A stretch of 64,000 bases of DNA from contig JAQGDQ010000139.1 in the NCBI GenBank assembly GCA_030141605.1, positions 372,001 to 436,000 on the forward strand. Direction: 5' to 3'. The DNA comes from Tubiluchus corallicola. Taxonomy: Eukaryota; Animalia; Priapulida. Below the pieces are notes generated by a model, which saw nothing but the letters and a program-made list of their open reading frames with translations, had not been told where the DNA came from and did no database searches. Shown here piece after piece: positions 35,535 to 47,474 of the stretch. Made by a program: the position numbers and the translations under genes. Within the stretch, counting starts at the first letter, position 1. Each line of letters starts with the position of its first letter.

Positions 35535-38534
35535 TACCTGTAGATAGTCTGACTATAATTTCAAAACACCTCTAATGTCTTGACATTTCACTCATTTTAG
35601 GTCAATTTACTACATTCTTTTGTTTTATTGTGTGCAGTCAGAAACTGTCAACTGGCTGAAAGAAAAAGAAAAATATTAAACCAAACTGGCAATTTTAATT
35701 TTGCAAATTTCTTTCACCATATCGCTAATATTTTTTTCAGAATCACTGTTTTGGAACAAAAACTGTGTTGCAAAAATACATTTAAAGCACCTTTCCAAGT
35801 AACTTTTCACCTCTCACCTTCATAATGTGCATAGTCAAATGTAGCAGTAACAGCTTTTACATTTTTTGCAAAGTAGCTTTTAGTTGTAGCTAGTTACATT
35901 TATTAAACACTAGGTGTAACTGCCAAATAGGTGGCGCAAAGATGCAATGTTGTGACTTTCAGCGTGCATGCGTATGACGAAGAACACGCACTCGCAGCAC
36001 ATCAAAATCGCAGGCAATGTTGTTAGGCTATTTAATTGGGTTTAGTGATATTATATATTGCCAATAAATATTCTACGTACTTCAAGCTACATGAGTAACT
36101 CATTTATTTAACCAGCAGTGAATACATCCTTAACATTAAAATCTCAAACAAGTCAACGGACTGCTAAGCAGTTACAGTAGATATGTGGGCAAAAGTTAGT
36201 TATTGTTTTGTGATAAATCTATCAAAGCAGATATCCTGAGTTTGCAGAATAATGTCTTAGGGTCGCAGCTAAGACAAAAGACTTGATGAAAACTGAAGTC
36301 ACCAAAACAACTTCGGGGGGGTAGGAGCAAGCACCAAGGTAATACTTGCCCACATGCCCACAATTACTAAGCCTGTTAGCTTTTAATGAACACCGAACTA
36401 TATTATGGTTTACTTCCAGGTCCTGAAAGTTGCAGGTTTTTATGTTGAATTATTGGCATTAACTGCATGAAAACGGAAAAAAAGAAATAAAGTTAAAAAT
36501 CACATCGGCCATATATTAACATTAAAGAACTCTTAAAAGCATAATAAAAAGTAAATGGTGAGAAAAAAGTAAAACGTTTGGTGAGAAAATAGCAAAATAT
36601 CACTGTTGCTAGAAAAACACATAAACATAAATTTCAAACAAGCACCTTATCACTGGCATAAACAATCATTATAAAAAATTAAGCAGTATTTATCATGACT
36701 TCAAAATGTTACAAAATATCAAACACAATTATATGACTGACTGACAAAATGCAAATAAGAAACAGTTCAATCCATACCAAAAACATATCATGAGCACGAA
36801 CCATAGAACTTTCACGTAAGAAAAAGACACATTATGTCTGTACAATCACCGAATCAAATAATATTAATATTAACAGGTCACGAGTAACTATATTCTGCAA
36901 CTATACTAAAATGCAGCTGAACAATTAGCCTTGCTCACCTACAGGTAGACCTGTGTTACACAGCTTAAATATAGAAAACTAGAACACCATTAATGTAAAA
37001 AGGTCATTCTGAAGCAAGTTTGCACAGTAAAATTAGAGGAAAATTTAGCCTATTTCAATGTTATAACAATCCTAAAAAGGATGAAATGAGATGAACAAAT
37101 TATTTATAATGACGGAGAGATAAGCACGGGACATAAACGATGCAATATTTAATTAAAGGGAAAATTAATAAAGGTGTGTTAAAGGTCTTTCACACCACAA
37201 GTTAAGTTAAATTTAAATTTATGTTAAGGCTGTCAAATGCGAAGTAATTATAGGACTAACTTTGCGACAAAGTATTTGGCGTTTCCCTACAATGTTCACC
37301 ACTCTATGTTTGTTTTATAATTTTTCGTGCATTCTTGCCTTGTAATAAAAAAACACAAAAATTACATACTTGTTATAGCTGTACTTTTTAATAGTAGGTT
37401 ATTATTAACTTAGCATCTTTAGAGTACAGTAAGATTACATAATTCTGAAATGTGGAAAGTATTGTCATTTACTTAAACAAAACAAAAAATGCAAAAGGTG
37501 ATTTTTAAATACATGCCATTATTTTTACATTGTTCAGTTTTGTACTAGCATGTACTTTGTTCTCTAAATCAGATATAGATAGGACTCCATGTTCACATAA
37601 TGCATGATTCATGATGCGTTTACAATGATCAATTTTTATTTAAACACGTGGAAGTGCTTTATGTGCACGTAATGCGAAATCCGTAATACATGACATGTGA
37701 TCCATTTGAACGTGATTGTTATAACCCGAATGCGCATCACACAGCAATACACAGATTGGAAATTGCTATTTCCTAGGTGACTTAGCAAATTTTCCAAGTT
37801 TGTGGTGTACATTTTTGCTGATCAGATTACTGGTCAGATGAGTTTTTGCCACTTTAAGGCCTACACACTATAATATTTCTTCCATTTAAGCTTTTGTTAA
37901 ATGTAGATTTGCATAATTATGTTGTTCTACATCTAGCTGCAGTTCTTTCAACAATAAAAAATAAAATAATCTAAGTGGTGGTTTGTTCACTTCTCTACAA
38001 AGTGTTATACACGCAAAATCTGTGATTCCTTTTGAATTTTTCCATCTAATAGCACAACGATAAGCTAATGCCTGATCCACTGCTGAATTTCTTTTCGATC
38101 ACAGTCGCTCTGAAATTTCGACAGAGACATGGCTTCCAAAAATTATTACTTCCAATTTTTATAAGTGTTGTGAGCTTTGTTAACGACCACACCGTTCACG
38201 AACACATGGAAACAATTAATACGTACCTTACTTATCATCAGTATCACGCCTTACACGCACATGCAGTCCTACCTTCTATTAATTATAATGCACAGCTTTG
38301 CTGACATACAGCATTACCCGCATATGGAGTCCTACCTTATATGTCAGTTATATGCACATATAGATAAAATCATCCAAAAGTGTAACACAAGTTTTTTTTT
38401 GCTAGTCAAGTAATCCTTAGTTAATTTATCCTATGACTTAACGCTGCCAACTAGCAGGCTGACATATTGGAAACTTTTATCGGGTTTGTTTTATTTCCGA
38501 AAGCAACAACCACCGCGACCATTGAACCACTGCA

Positions 38535-40649
38535 GTGGTGGAGGAATGTTTTCAATCAAGGAAGAGTAAAAAGAAGAAAAACAAAACTAAAGAAATTAAT
38601 GAATTATTAAAAAGGAAAAGAATGATAAGAAAAGTGAGTAAGCAAAGTGATAATTTAAGTCAAATAAAGTTGTTGAAAATAAGAGAACAATTATTGATGA
38701 AATAATATAATAAGAACAAGAAGATTAAAGAATACATGGCAAAGAAAATATCCACAAAATAAGAAATGAAAAGGGTACTAGTGCAAATGCATTCTAGGAA
38801 TTTGAAAAAGAATGGCTAAAAGTATAAAAAAGGATATAGTGGCAATGAATAATGATCAACAGGAAACAGTCGAATTGCCAAAACAAATAAAAGAAATATT
38901 TGCAAAGTATTATAAAGACTGGTTAAAGCGTAGAAATGCAGAATCTCAAATGTAGCAGGAAATTGGAGCGAAGGTTAATACATTTATACGGCAATTACAA
39001 ATATTAGCTATGGAATTTGAAACACAATTGATAACAGAACAAGAAGTTAAAAAGAAATAAAAAAAGAATTTTGCAATTTTTAAATTCAAGTGAGTATATT
39101 ATAAATTAAAATGAAGGAAAAAACGTAGAAGCACATTAGATAATTTGCTCACATTAAGGACAATAATTAATTATAGCAGGATGCTGAATGATGATATTTA
39201 TTTCATATTTGGAGATGTACAAAAATGTTTTGATGAATTGTGGTTATGTGATTCAATAATCGAAATGTGGAAAATTGGCACTCATTGTTGGCGTATAATA
39301 TGAACAAAGAAGGAAGTGTAATAATTGAAACCCCAAAAGGATTAACAGAAGACAACAAAATATTGGAATCAGTGAGCAAGGCATCCAAGTTGAACCAAAA
39401 TTGTGTTCAATTACACTAAATGATGTAATAAAATAATTAATAAAGAATGTAGTAAGTACTGGAAAACACCAAGAAGTTAGTTTACATTCAGCTTGAAGAA
39501 AACTATATATTATCAAAACTAAATTTATTGGGATAATGAAATGATAATGAAAAAACAGAAGGCAAATTAAGAAACGGAATAATTCAGAGGACAGAGCAGT
39601 ATAAGCATTTAAGTGACTGGTTAAGTGTAAGATGTAATTATGAATTATTACTTGGAAAAAGAATGGAAAAAGCAAAATATATGATAAGAGAATTAATGAG
39701 AATCGAAAATGAGCAAAAGCAACGGATAGAAAATTACTTACGTTAGAAACAATGGCAATCTCGTAACTGTTGAATAATTGTGAAACATGGACGAATATTA
39801 AAAAAGATGAACAGGCGAGTCTGGAAAAAGAGAAGAATTCGGAATGAACAAATTAGCACTCCGTACTGAGGAATAATAGCAGAAATAGGTTCGTGGCCTA
39901 TGTAAAGACGGGTTGACTATAAAAAGGCCATATTTTATTATTCATTGATGAACTCAGATGTAAACAGGATTAGCAAAACAAGTAGTGAATGAGCAAGAAA
40001 GAAGAGCATACAAAGAGAGTTGGTATTCGGAAATAAGTGAAACCATGGACAAATATGGAATGAAAGATAAGAGCAAGCAAATAAAATAGAGAAGTTAAAA
40101 AAATCAACATGGACAAGAAATATTACAAGAACATAAAGATAAATTACAGAAAATGACAAAATTAAGATTTTTTGATGGTGAGAGATATGAGAAACAACGA
40201 AGCAATAAGAGCGTGTGGTCTTGCAGATATCGTAATTATGGAAATCAAGTTAAACGTGAAAGAATTGAAATGCAATTACAGAGGATGTAAATGGGAAGAT
40301 TTATTATGTCCTAAGTGCAGGATTCAGGGAGATACAACAAAACGTGTATTAATTTGTTGATATATCGAAGAATAATAAATGAGTACAGTATAATGTAAGG
40401 ATAGAGACTGAAATTTAACAGAAATAGGTACCTTTGAATGATTAGTAAGAGCATTTTCAGAGGAATTATGGAATAAAAAGAAAATATGTAGCTGTTACAG
40501 GGAAATGTAATAAATGGGAAGGGTGACACTCGTGTGCAGAACTAGGAATGACCATATAATGACGTCAGGAGAAAATAATCTGCTCTTGCAAAATTAGGTT
40601 GTGCTCCTCTTGGAAAAGGTAAAGGGGAGCCAGTGAATTGCTGAACCGC
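38535..40649 (+). mobile_element. Degraded non-LTR retrotransposon with an apparent 12-bp TSD
   Basis: A-rich decayed RT-like frames (..FIFGDVQKCFDELW.., CPKCRIQGDTTKRVLIC); flanking direct repeat TGAACCACTGCA at 38523-38534 and 40650-40661. Confidence 0.7.
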
Positions 40650-41119
40650 TGAACCACTGCAACTGCTCTAGTATACGCCACCGATTTTGCGCATGTCTTT
40701 GTCAATTTTGTCGTCCGGATAATTGTTCTTTGTGAAATATAATGATTACTAACGTTTAACCTAGCGTTCATGAACGTTTGGACAATTTATATATATATAT
40801 ATATATATATATAATACCGTGTAAGGTTGCCAACTTGCCATGTCTGTATTCATTAAAAAGAGGACAATAATTCTATTAAGTAGGAGACAGGAACTGTTGA
40901 GTTTCACTCAATGGGGGTTTATAGGGCAGTACCCAAATGCAATTCCTACATCAAGGGCAATTAACTAGATGATCTAAAGGTCTTTTGCTACCCTTTTTCT
41001 TGTACCTACTTAATCACTTATTAATATATTTTCTTATTATTATTTACATGTAATTTTGTTCGATTATTCAGTTGTGTACTTTATGTAAATGTTCACTATA
41101 AGAGATTAATAAACACGTC

Positions 41120-41195
41120 TTTGTCTATGTCTGTGTCTGTGTCTATGTCTATGCTATGTCTATGTCTATGTAGGTGTCTGTGTCTATGTCTATAT
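41120..41195. repeat. (TGTCTA/TGTCTG)n microsatellite, probably the tail of a LINE 3' fragment
   Basis: Tandem hexamer array directly after an AATAAA (about 41108). Confidence 0.7.
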
Positions 41196-44100
41196 ATTTA
41201 GACTATTTTGCGACCTTGAGCTGGAAGAAGCTTGTTATTTTATATCCAACTTTCTGCAAATTTCGGCCATTTTGCTGAATCGTCTAATCTAAGACTAAAA
41301 TTTTAATGACAAATTCATATGATGTTACATTTTGGTGAGAAAATAACGGAGAAATGCGCTCACTAATATTACGTAAGTCAATTGTTATCAAACTGCTATT
41401 TTGTAGATCTCTCTTTTCTTAATACAATAACAATTCTGATCAATAAAATTTTGTGTTAAATCTCTAATATTGTACCGGACAAGTAAAATCCCTTTCAGTA
41501 ACCGTGTAACAAATCTAGGGGTGGTTTGGATTATTGAACCACCATCCCCCTATTTTACCGAGTTTGGGTTGTTGATGGTGGTCACGTGAGCATTAGGGTG
41601 GAGGTGTGGCAGTGGATAAATATATATATATATATATATAATGCAGGTACGGGAAAATTGGGTAGAGACGCAATTTGTGAGAAAACTATGTTACGTGGAA
41701 TATTTATTGTGAAAGCCTCCCTATACTTTATTTGCAAGACAGAAGTGGATGGTGAGAGAGATGGATCTGGTAAATGGCCTTCCTTGCATTGGTTAACATG
41801 ATGAAATTGCTGTCAGGTGACCTAGTTCACCTCATCTCTGGTTTCAATTGTTTAACTTCAGTAAGATCACCGTCTACGTTAAAACAATAATTCTTTAAAA
41901 GTTTATGTTGTTAAAATCATCGCTTTCATTATCTGTCTTATCTTCATTAATGAAACCAGTTCAGATCAGGTCACTTTTGAATTCTGGCCAATGTAAATAC
42001 TATTTCTTCATCAAAGTTACTTAGCAGGGAGCTTTTATATCTTAACTCATTTGTTTAGTATTTCGGCTTTATTGCGTTTGTGTTACAGAAATATTTTATC
42101 ACGAACAACTGTTGAAATAGGATCACCAAAAATAGTGGCAAATGTAAAGATTTAACAGTTTAATACCAAAACGTGAATATGAATCCCACTGAGAGTCAGT
42201 ATTAGAACTTGTGGCAGGACCATTAACTAAAATTACATATTCAATCCAAATGCACATAAAAAAAACGAAATACTGGTCTACCTGACATAGATATTAGCGA
42301 GAATCATATAATAAATAATGCTTAATTTAACAATCAATAGTCAATATTCTATGTAAATGAACAAGACTTAAGTAGCTCTATACATCACAAAAACACAGAG
42401 TGTGAGTGATTATTTCCATCGACAGATACAATGCACCGTACTCCCTCAATTAGTTGTAGTAATGGCAAGTTTAACTGTTTGTAGTGGATGGGAAATATCT
42501 TCGGAATACACATAGTTAGGGGTTCATTATACGTCAAATCGTCTTAACTTCTCGGGATTTGGGAGCATAGACCTAGGTTACACCTTTCGGGCAGACGAGC
42601 ACGTCATAAGTCCAGAGAGTCCTGTTTTTTGGGTGTAGCTTCATTTAATGGCAACACGTCTCAACACAGGGTTACTGGCTAAGAATTGTTGCAACTGTAT
42701 ACCCAAGTTATTCGTTTTTATCCGTTGGGTTATTAACTCAAAAAATCCAATCTAAACTCGCTCTCTTTTTTGCAATTCATTTTCATTCATTTGTAATATT
42801 CGAAAAACTTCTTTAATTTCATCAGTTGACTAAAGACTTCATGTCACACCTTCTCCATGGGAGGAAAAAATTCCTGTATTGTTAGATAAAAACTGTTTAA
42901 CAATTTGTATTCGTCTATTAATGAGCTTGGGCAAATTTCGGACATATATTTACGCTAGCGAAAAGCCCACTAAGATTACGATTTTTAGAGTCAAAGTGTG
43001 ATTTTTAGTGTGGAAGGACATGTCCTACAAAAACTTAACGTATAGTAAGCGTATTCTCTATACGGTAATTATTTAAGAGGGATTCTAACGCAATTCTAGC
43101 TGCAAAACAACATAAGTTTAGAACATTTGCTGTACTATATTAAGATGATTAACGTAATTGGCTAACGAAACGTGACTTTTGAACGTTGAACTTTGATTTC
43201 ATAAAAAATGTTTGAACAATATGCTTCACGAACTCCAAAAGACAATTTTTTATTTCAAAAATTCCTAGTTTCACTCTGTTGACAACTCTAACAAGCCCTA
43301 CACCGTTTGTAGTACTTTCTTCCCATAATGTATGAGCTATATGTCTTAATTCTAACTAAATTGTCGAATGCTTTTGTCAGGTTTGAGTGGTGGTCGAAGT
43401 GTAGTGTCCACCAGGTTGAAAGGTGTTATGGTATTTTTCTGGATGATCTGCCAAAAAACTGCTAGAAAACTGAGCCATTACTGTGATGCTTCTAGCAAGC
43501 TATGCTCCTGTAGGTACTAAAAAGTAAAAATATTGGGTTTCTATTTGCTAATGGTAAATTTGGCTGAATCGAAAGCAGTTAATAAATTTAAACTGAATCG
43601 AATTGAAAAAATGCTAACAAACGATTTCTTGGGCGATTTTGTTCCAGTTGTTGAGCGCAATTTACTGCACTAATCCATATAAAGCAGTTCGTGGCAACGC
43701 ATATCCTAAATTTGCGGGGACCAATGCGGCGTGAGACCAGATAGTGGGCAGCCCAGATTTCGCATTCGTTCACAACTTTTTCGCATTTCATGTAGCCCTT
43801 CGAAGTTTGATATCATATATTATTTCAGTTAATTGTGGGTTTGCAGCAATATGTTTAATTACAATAAGATTGTAATAATTTGTTTATGCATTAATTAAAA
43901 TAATGTAAGTGGATTAAATTTGGCGAGGCACCTACGTTTAATTCTAAAGTGTTGACCTTTGTCTAGTTCTGCTTTGCGCCAAGTTCAAGCTATTTATATG
44001 TTTTTTGTTTATTGTTTATTCTATTTTATCTTTATTAAATTTTTGATTATTCAGGGGAATGCCTGAAAGCCTATCATAAAGAATAAATGCATGCATGATG

Positions 44101-44285
44101 TGACAAAATGTTTTTGAAAAGTATCTTATTGCTGCTGTAACTATAGCCCTAATACAGAACCTGTTTTAGTTGTATAATGTTACTGTAGTTTAGCGTGTTA
44201 TTTACTTAATTCAGTTTAATATTTTTAACTAGAGTTGGCTTAGAATTAATGACTTGTTTTATCCAATGTGTAACTTATATTAAAT

Positions 44286-44808
44286 TAATTTTTTAAATTA
44301 TATTGATATTTTAAATTATTACTGTTAAATATAACCAAGGAGAACTGCCACTAACCACCTTACCACATTTAAAATTGAATTTCAATTGAAAATGGCATTA
44401 CAGACCTATCAAGCAGGATTTTATAAGGCCACCAGAATTCTGTAGTAAAATATTTATTAACAACATATTTTTATAACTGATAGCTGGAATGAGTCGTAAT
44501 GGGTGTTAGTAAAATTGTAACTCGTTCTACTATTGGTTACAAGTTATTAATAAATATTTTTTACTAATAATTCTATCAGCTTGCTTCATAGATCTCCCGC
44601 TCCATATGAAATTCTGTAATCTCAACTTTGTATGAATCACACTTTTGATTTTATGTGCCTTCTGATATAAATGTATATGTTTTCATTTTGCGAATAAATT
44701 ATTTGAAATTGAATTGAAAAGGTGTTAAGGTGGTAGTAGTGGCAGCGTCTAGTCTCCTTGTTTATTTAATAGTAATGGCTTAAAATATCAATATAATTTA
44801 AATAATTA
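44286..44808. repeat. Long imperfect palindrome (about 100-bp arms) interrupted at its centre by a ~320-bp insertion
   Basis: 44286-44385 is the approximate reverse complement of 44703-44808. The insert is flanked by AATTGAAAA (44384-44392 and 44712-44720) and ends in AATAAA plus (TTGAA)n. Confidence 0.75.
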
Positions 44809-47474
44809 AAGTATTACATTTTTACTAAGGTAAACTCTGTTCAATTTCTGCTGCGGTATTTGGGCAGCCTGTGTTATGGGTATTAGGGATAAATTTACTT
44901 AGGTTTTAGGCTGGATCACGTACCGCGCTATGTGGTGCGTGGGTTTGTGCCGTAGACGGCGCCGCCCAACATTAACCGTTCGACTGTCGGGTTCAGTCCC
45001 GTGCTGTTTTCTGTGTTACTTTCAGTACTTTTATAATGTTCTCAACTAATGTTAAAGCATAAAGGTACTACTTATTCTCTTTGTCAATTATAAGAGTTTT
45101 GGTCATTGGTTGGATCACAGAATAGATATGACTGTCTATAAACTTTTTTATATAAATGGATATGATTGCCCATTAACTTGCTTAGATATGTCATTATTTA
45201 GTTTCCAAATTCGAACAACTTCGCCATTACTTTTACTATTTTGTAAAATATACTTTAAGGCGTAAGCTGGAGGATTTGACTTTCTTTCTTTAAAGTGTAG
45301 CATGTCCCTTTTTTGTTATAGGCTTGAATGTCTTTTTTCTAATTAGAAATGCTAGCATTTGCTCTCCAAAGATTGTTTTGTGGAGTGCATCTTATTTATT
45401 TAGGCTTAGGCCAATTTCACACAGAGGACACAAGGAAAATGAGTACAGAATTGTTGTCAGAAAAGAGAACGTTTTCAGAAAACTTGTACTTTTTTCACGA
45501 CAATGCATGCAGTAACAACTTACAATTCACCCAGAAACTGTGCAATTTGTTATGATCGTGGAATGCCACAGTTAAATTTAAGACATAAATATAGAAACCA
45601 AAGAAGATTGGAGAGGTTTATAAGCTATTTATCAACTTAACCTCTATCCTTCGGTAACAATAATGGTAACGGTAATGCACATGCATTCTAGCATTCAGTG
45701 TTTATATAGGTTGCAGTTTGTACAAATTACAATCAATAGGTTTAACCATAGTATCTGTAATGAGTACACGTATTGATTTTTAGATTAACCGCCATAACCA
45801 CCTCACTTTTGAGAATATATATATGTGATAATTATGTGCATGTGTTCAACTGTTATCCATTTGTTTTCAAGAATATAACCAAGTTGCACTAATAAAACAA
45901 AAAGTCATCTATATTAATGTATAAATGTTGCATGCAAACATTTATAATATGTGCAGTAAGTATTAAAGAATGCTAAAGCGTTCTAGCAAAATGCATTGTA
46001 AAAGAAAGCATTCTTAAATGAAGCAATGCCATACCATAGAAAACAGTATAAATGCATTCAGTAGCATTTCCCACGAAAAGATAAGTATTGCTTGGAGTAC
46101 GTAAAAGTGATCATTGAGTTGCAAAGTTCTCAGTTGAATTGCAGGACTAAAATTAATAATGTTTGGCACTTTAGTTCATAAATCAAGTGCTTTATGACAT
46201 TTACTCCTAATAATTTTTAACTAAATCTAAAGAGAGCTGAAGTTTCCAGTGAACATTCAAATTTAAACATGGGTTTTCTTTTTTGTGTACATGTGTCTTT
46301 CTCTGATTGCTCCCCTTGTACCATTTCTTCCTCTTTTTTTATTTCTGTGCTTGTTTTTTAGAAAAATTCTAGCATTGTTTGGGTAGATTCTTTTTTTCTG
46401 TTAAAACTTCTTTGTAACACTGTAAAGCATTAACACTCTGTCTGAGTTATTTTCACAAAAAATACAAGTGCAGCACCACTATATTTAAAAGTTTTGTGCA
46501 GATGTTTATCACTAGCAATATCTCTTTTAGCATTCTTTTCTGCTTAACATACCTGAGAAATATTTTCTAGTGTAGTTTTTCCAACGACATAAATGAGCCG
46601 TATTAGTGAATAAAAGGTATCAAAGATTATCTTGTTTATGTATATTGTTTTACTTTGACAGTGTTTCTAGTGAAAATTGAAGCACTTGAGGTACACTTGT
46701 TTTATTGTAAGTAGGCAAACTGATCTTCAAAACGGTTTTACATAAAACATTTTGGCTTCTATTATTTGGCTTCTATTTTGGCTTCTATTATTTTTTAACA
46801 ATTTTTCCTATAGCACTTCTGAGCAAAACTGATTTGAAGTCACCAAGCTATTTGGGTTTGTGAGCATTTTGGTAAATTGGTGTTTTGTTTGGTAATGTAA
46901 AATGTTAGGCTCAATACAAAAGAGCTGAAAATGTGTGTGAAGAATTAGCAAAGTGCATTTGCTCAAGAAATGTTCAAAATTTTTGTTTCACCAATAATGA
47001 CACATGAAGTTAGTTATTTAAACCAAAAACAAGACCATTTCTTTCAATTGGTTCTCGATTGTCGAACTTTATAGAAAATTAATTCATGATAATGCAGCAC
47101 TTTTTTTGTTTGTGAGGTCTGCTGATCACATTAAGTGCCATTTTGTCAGAAGCAGAGTTTTTAGTATTATTTTTCAATAATTTGTTTAACAGTTTTGATT
47201 TTTGTATTTGTACCTCCTTGACAGATCATCAGTTCAAGAATTCAAACAGTTCAATTATTAATGTGAATGTCTTGAGAAAGACTCAGTCAACGTTAATTTT
47301 TTCAACCCACACAAGGTTTTATATGCTCGTGTGTCAAGATCTATGTAAACTTGTATTATTCCGTATTTTGATAATTGGTAATTTTAAGCAAACTTAGCTG
47401 TCAATACTCATTCCCAAACATGGCTTACTTAGTTACTTCGCATAAAATATTTTTAGCATAGTTTTACTCTTAAT

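Noticed and set aside
36414-36422. Possible 9-nt microexon (tttcag GACCTGGAA gtaaac, minus strand) upstream of EF-Tu
   Set aside because: Weak polypyrimidine tract and no coding context; plausible by chance.
39203-40529. Hydrophobic minus-strand ORFs (e.g. 39253-39675)
   Set aside because: They are antisense readings of the A-rich degraded LINE and have no recognisable domain.
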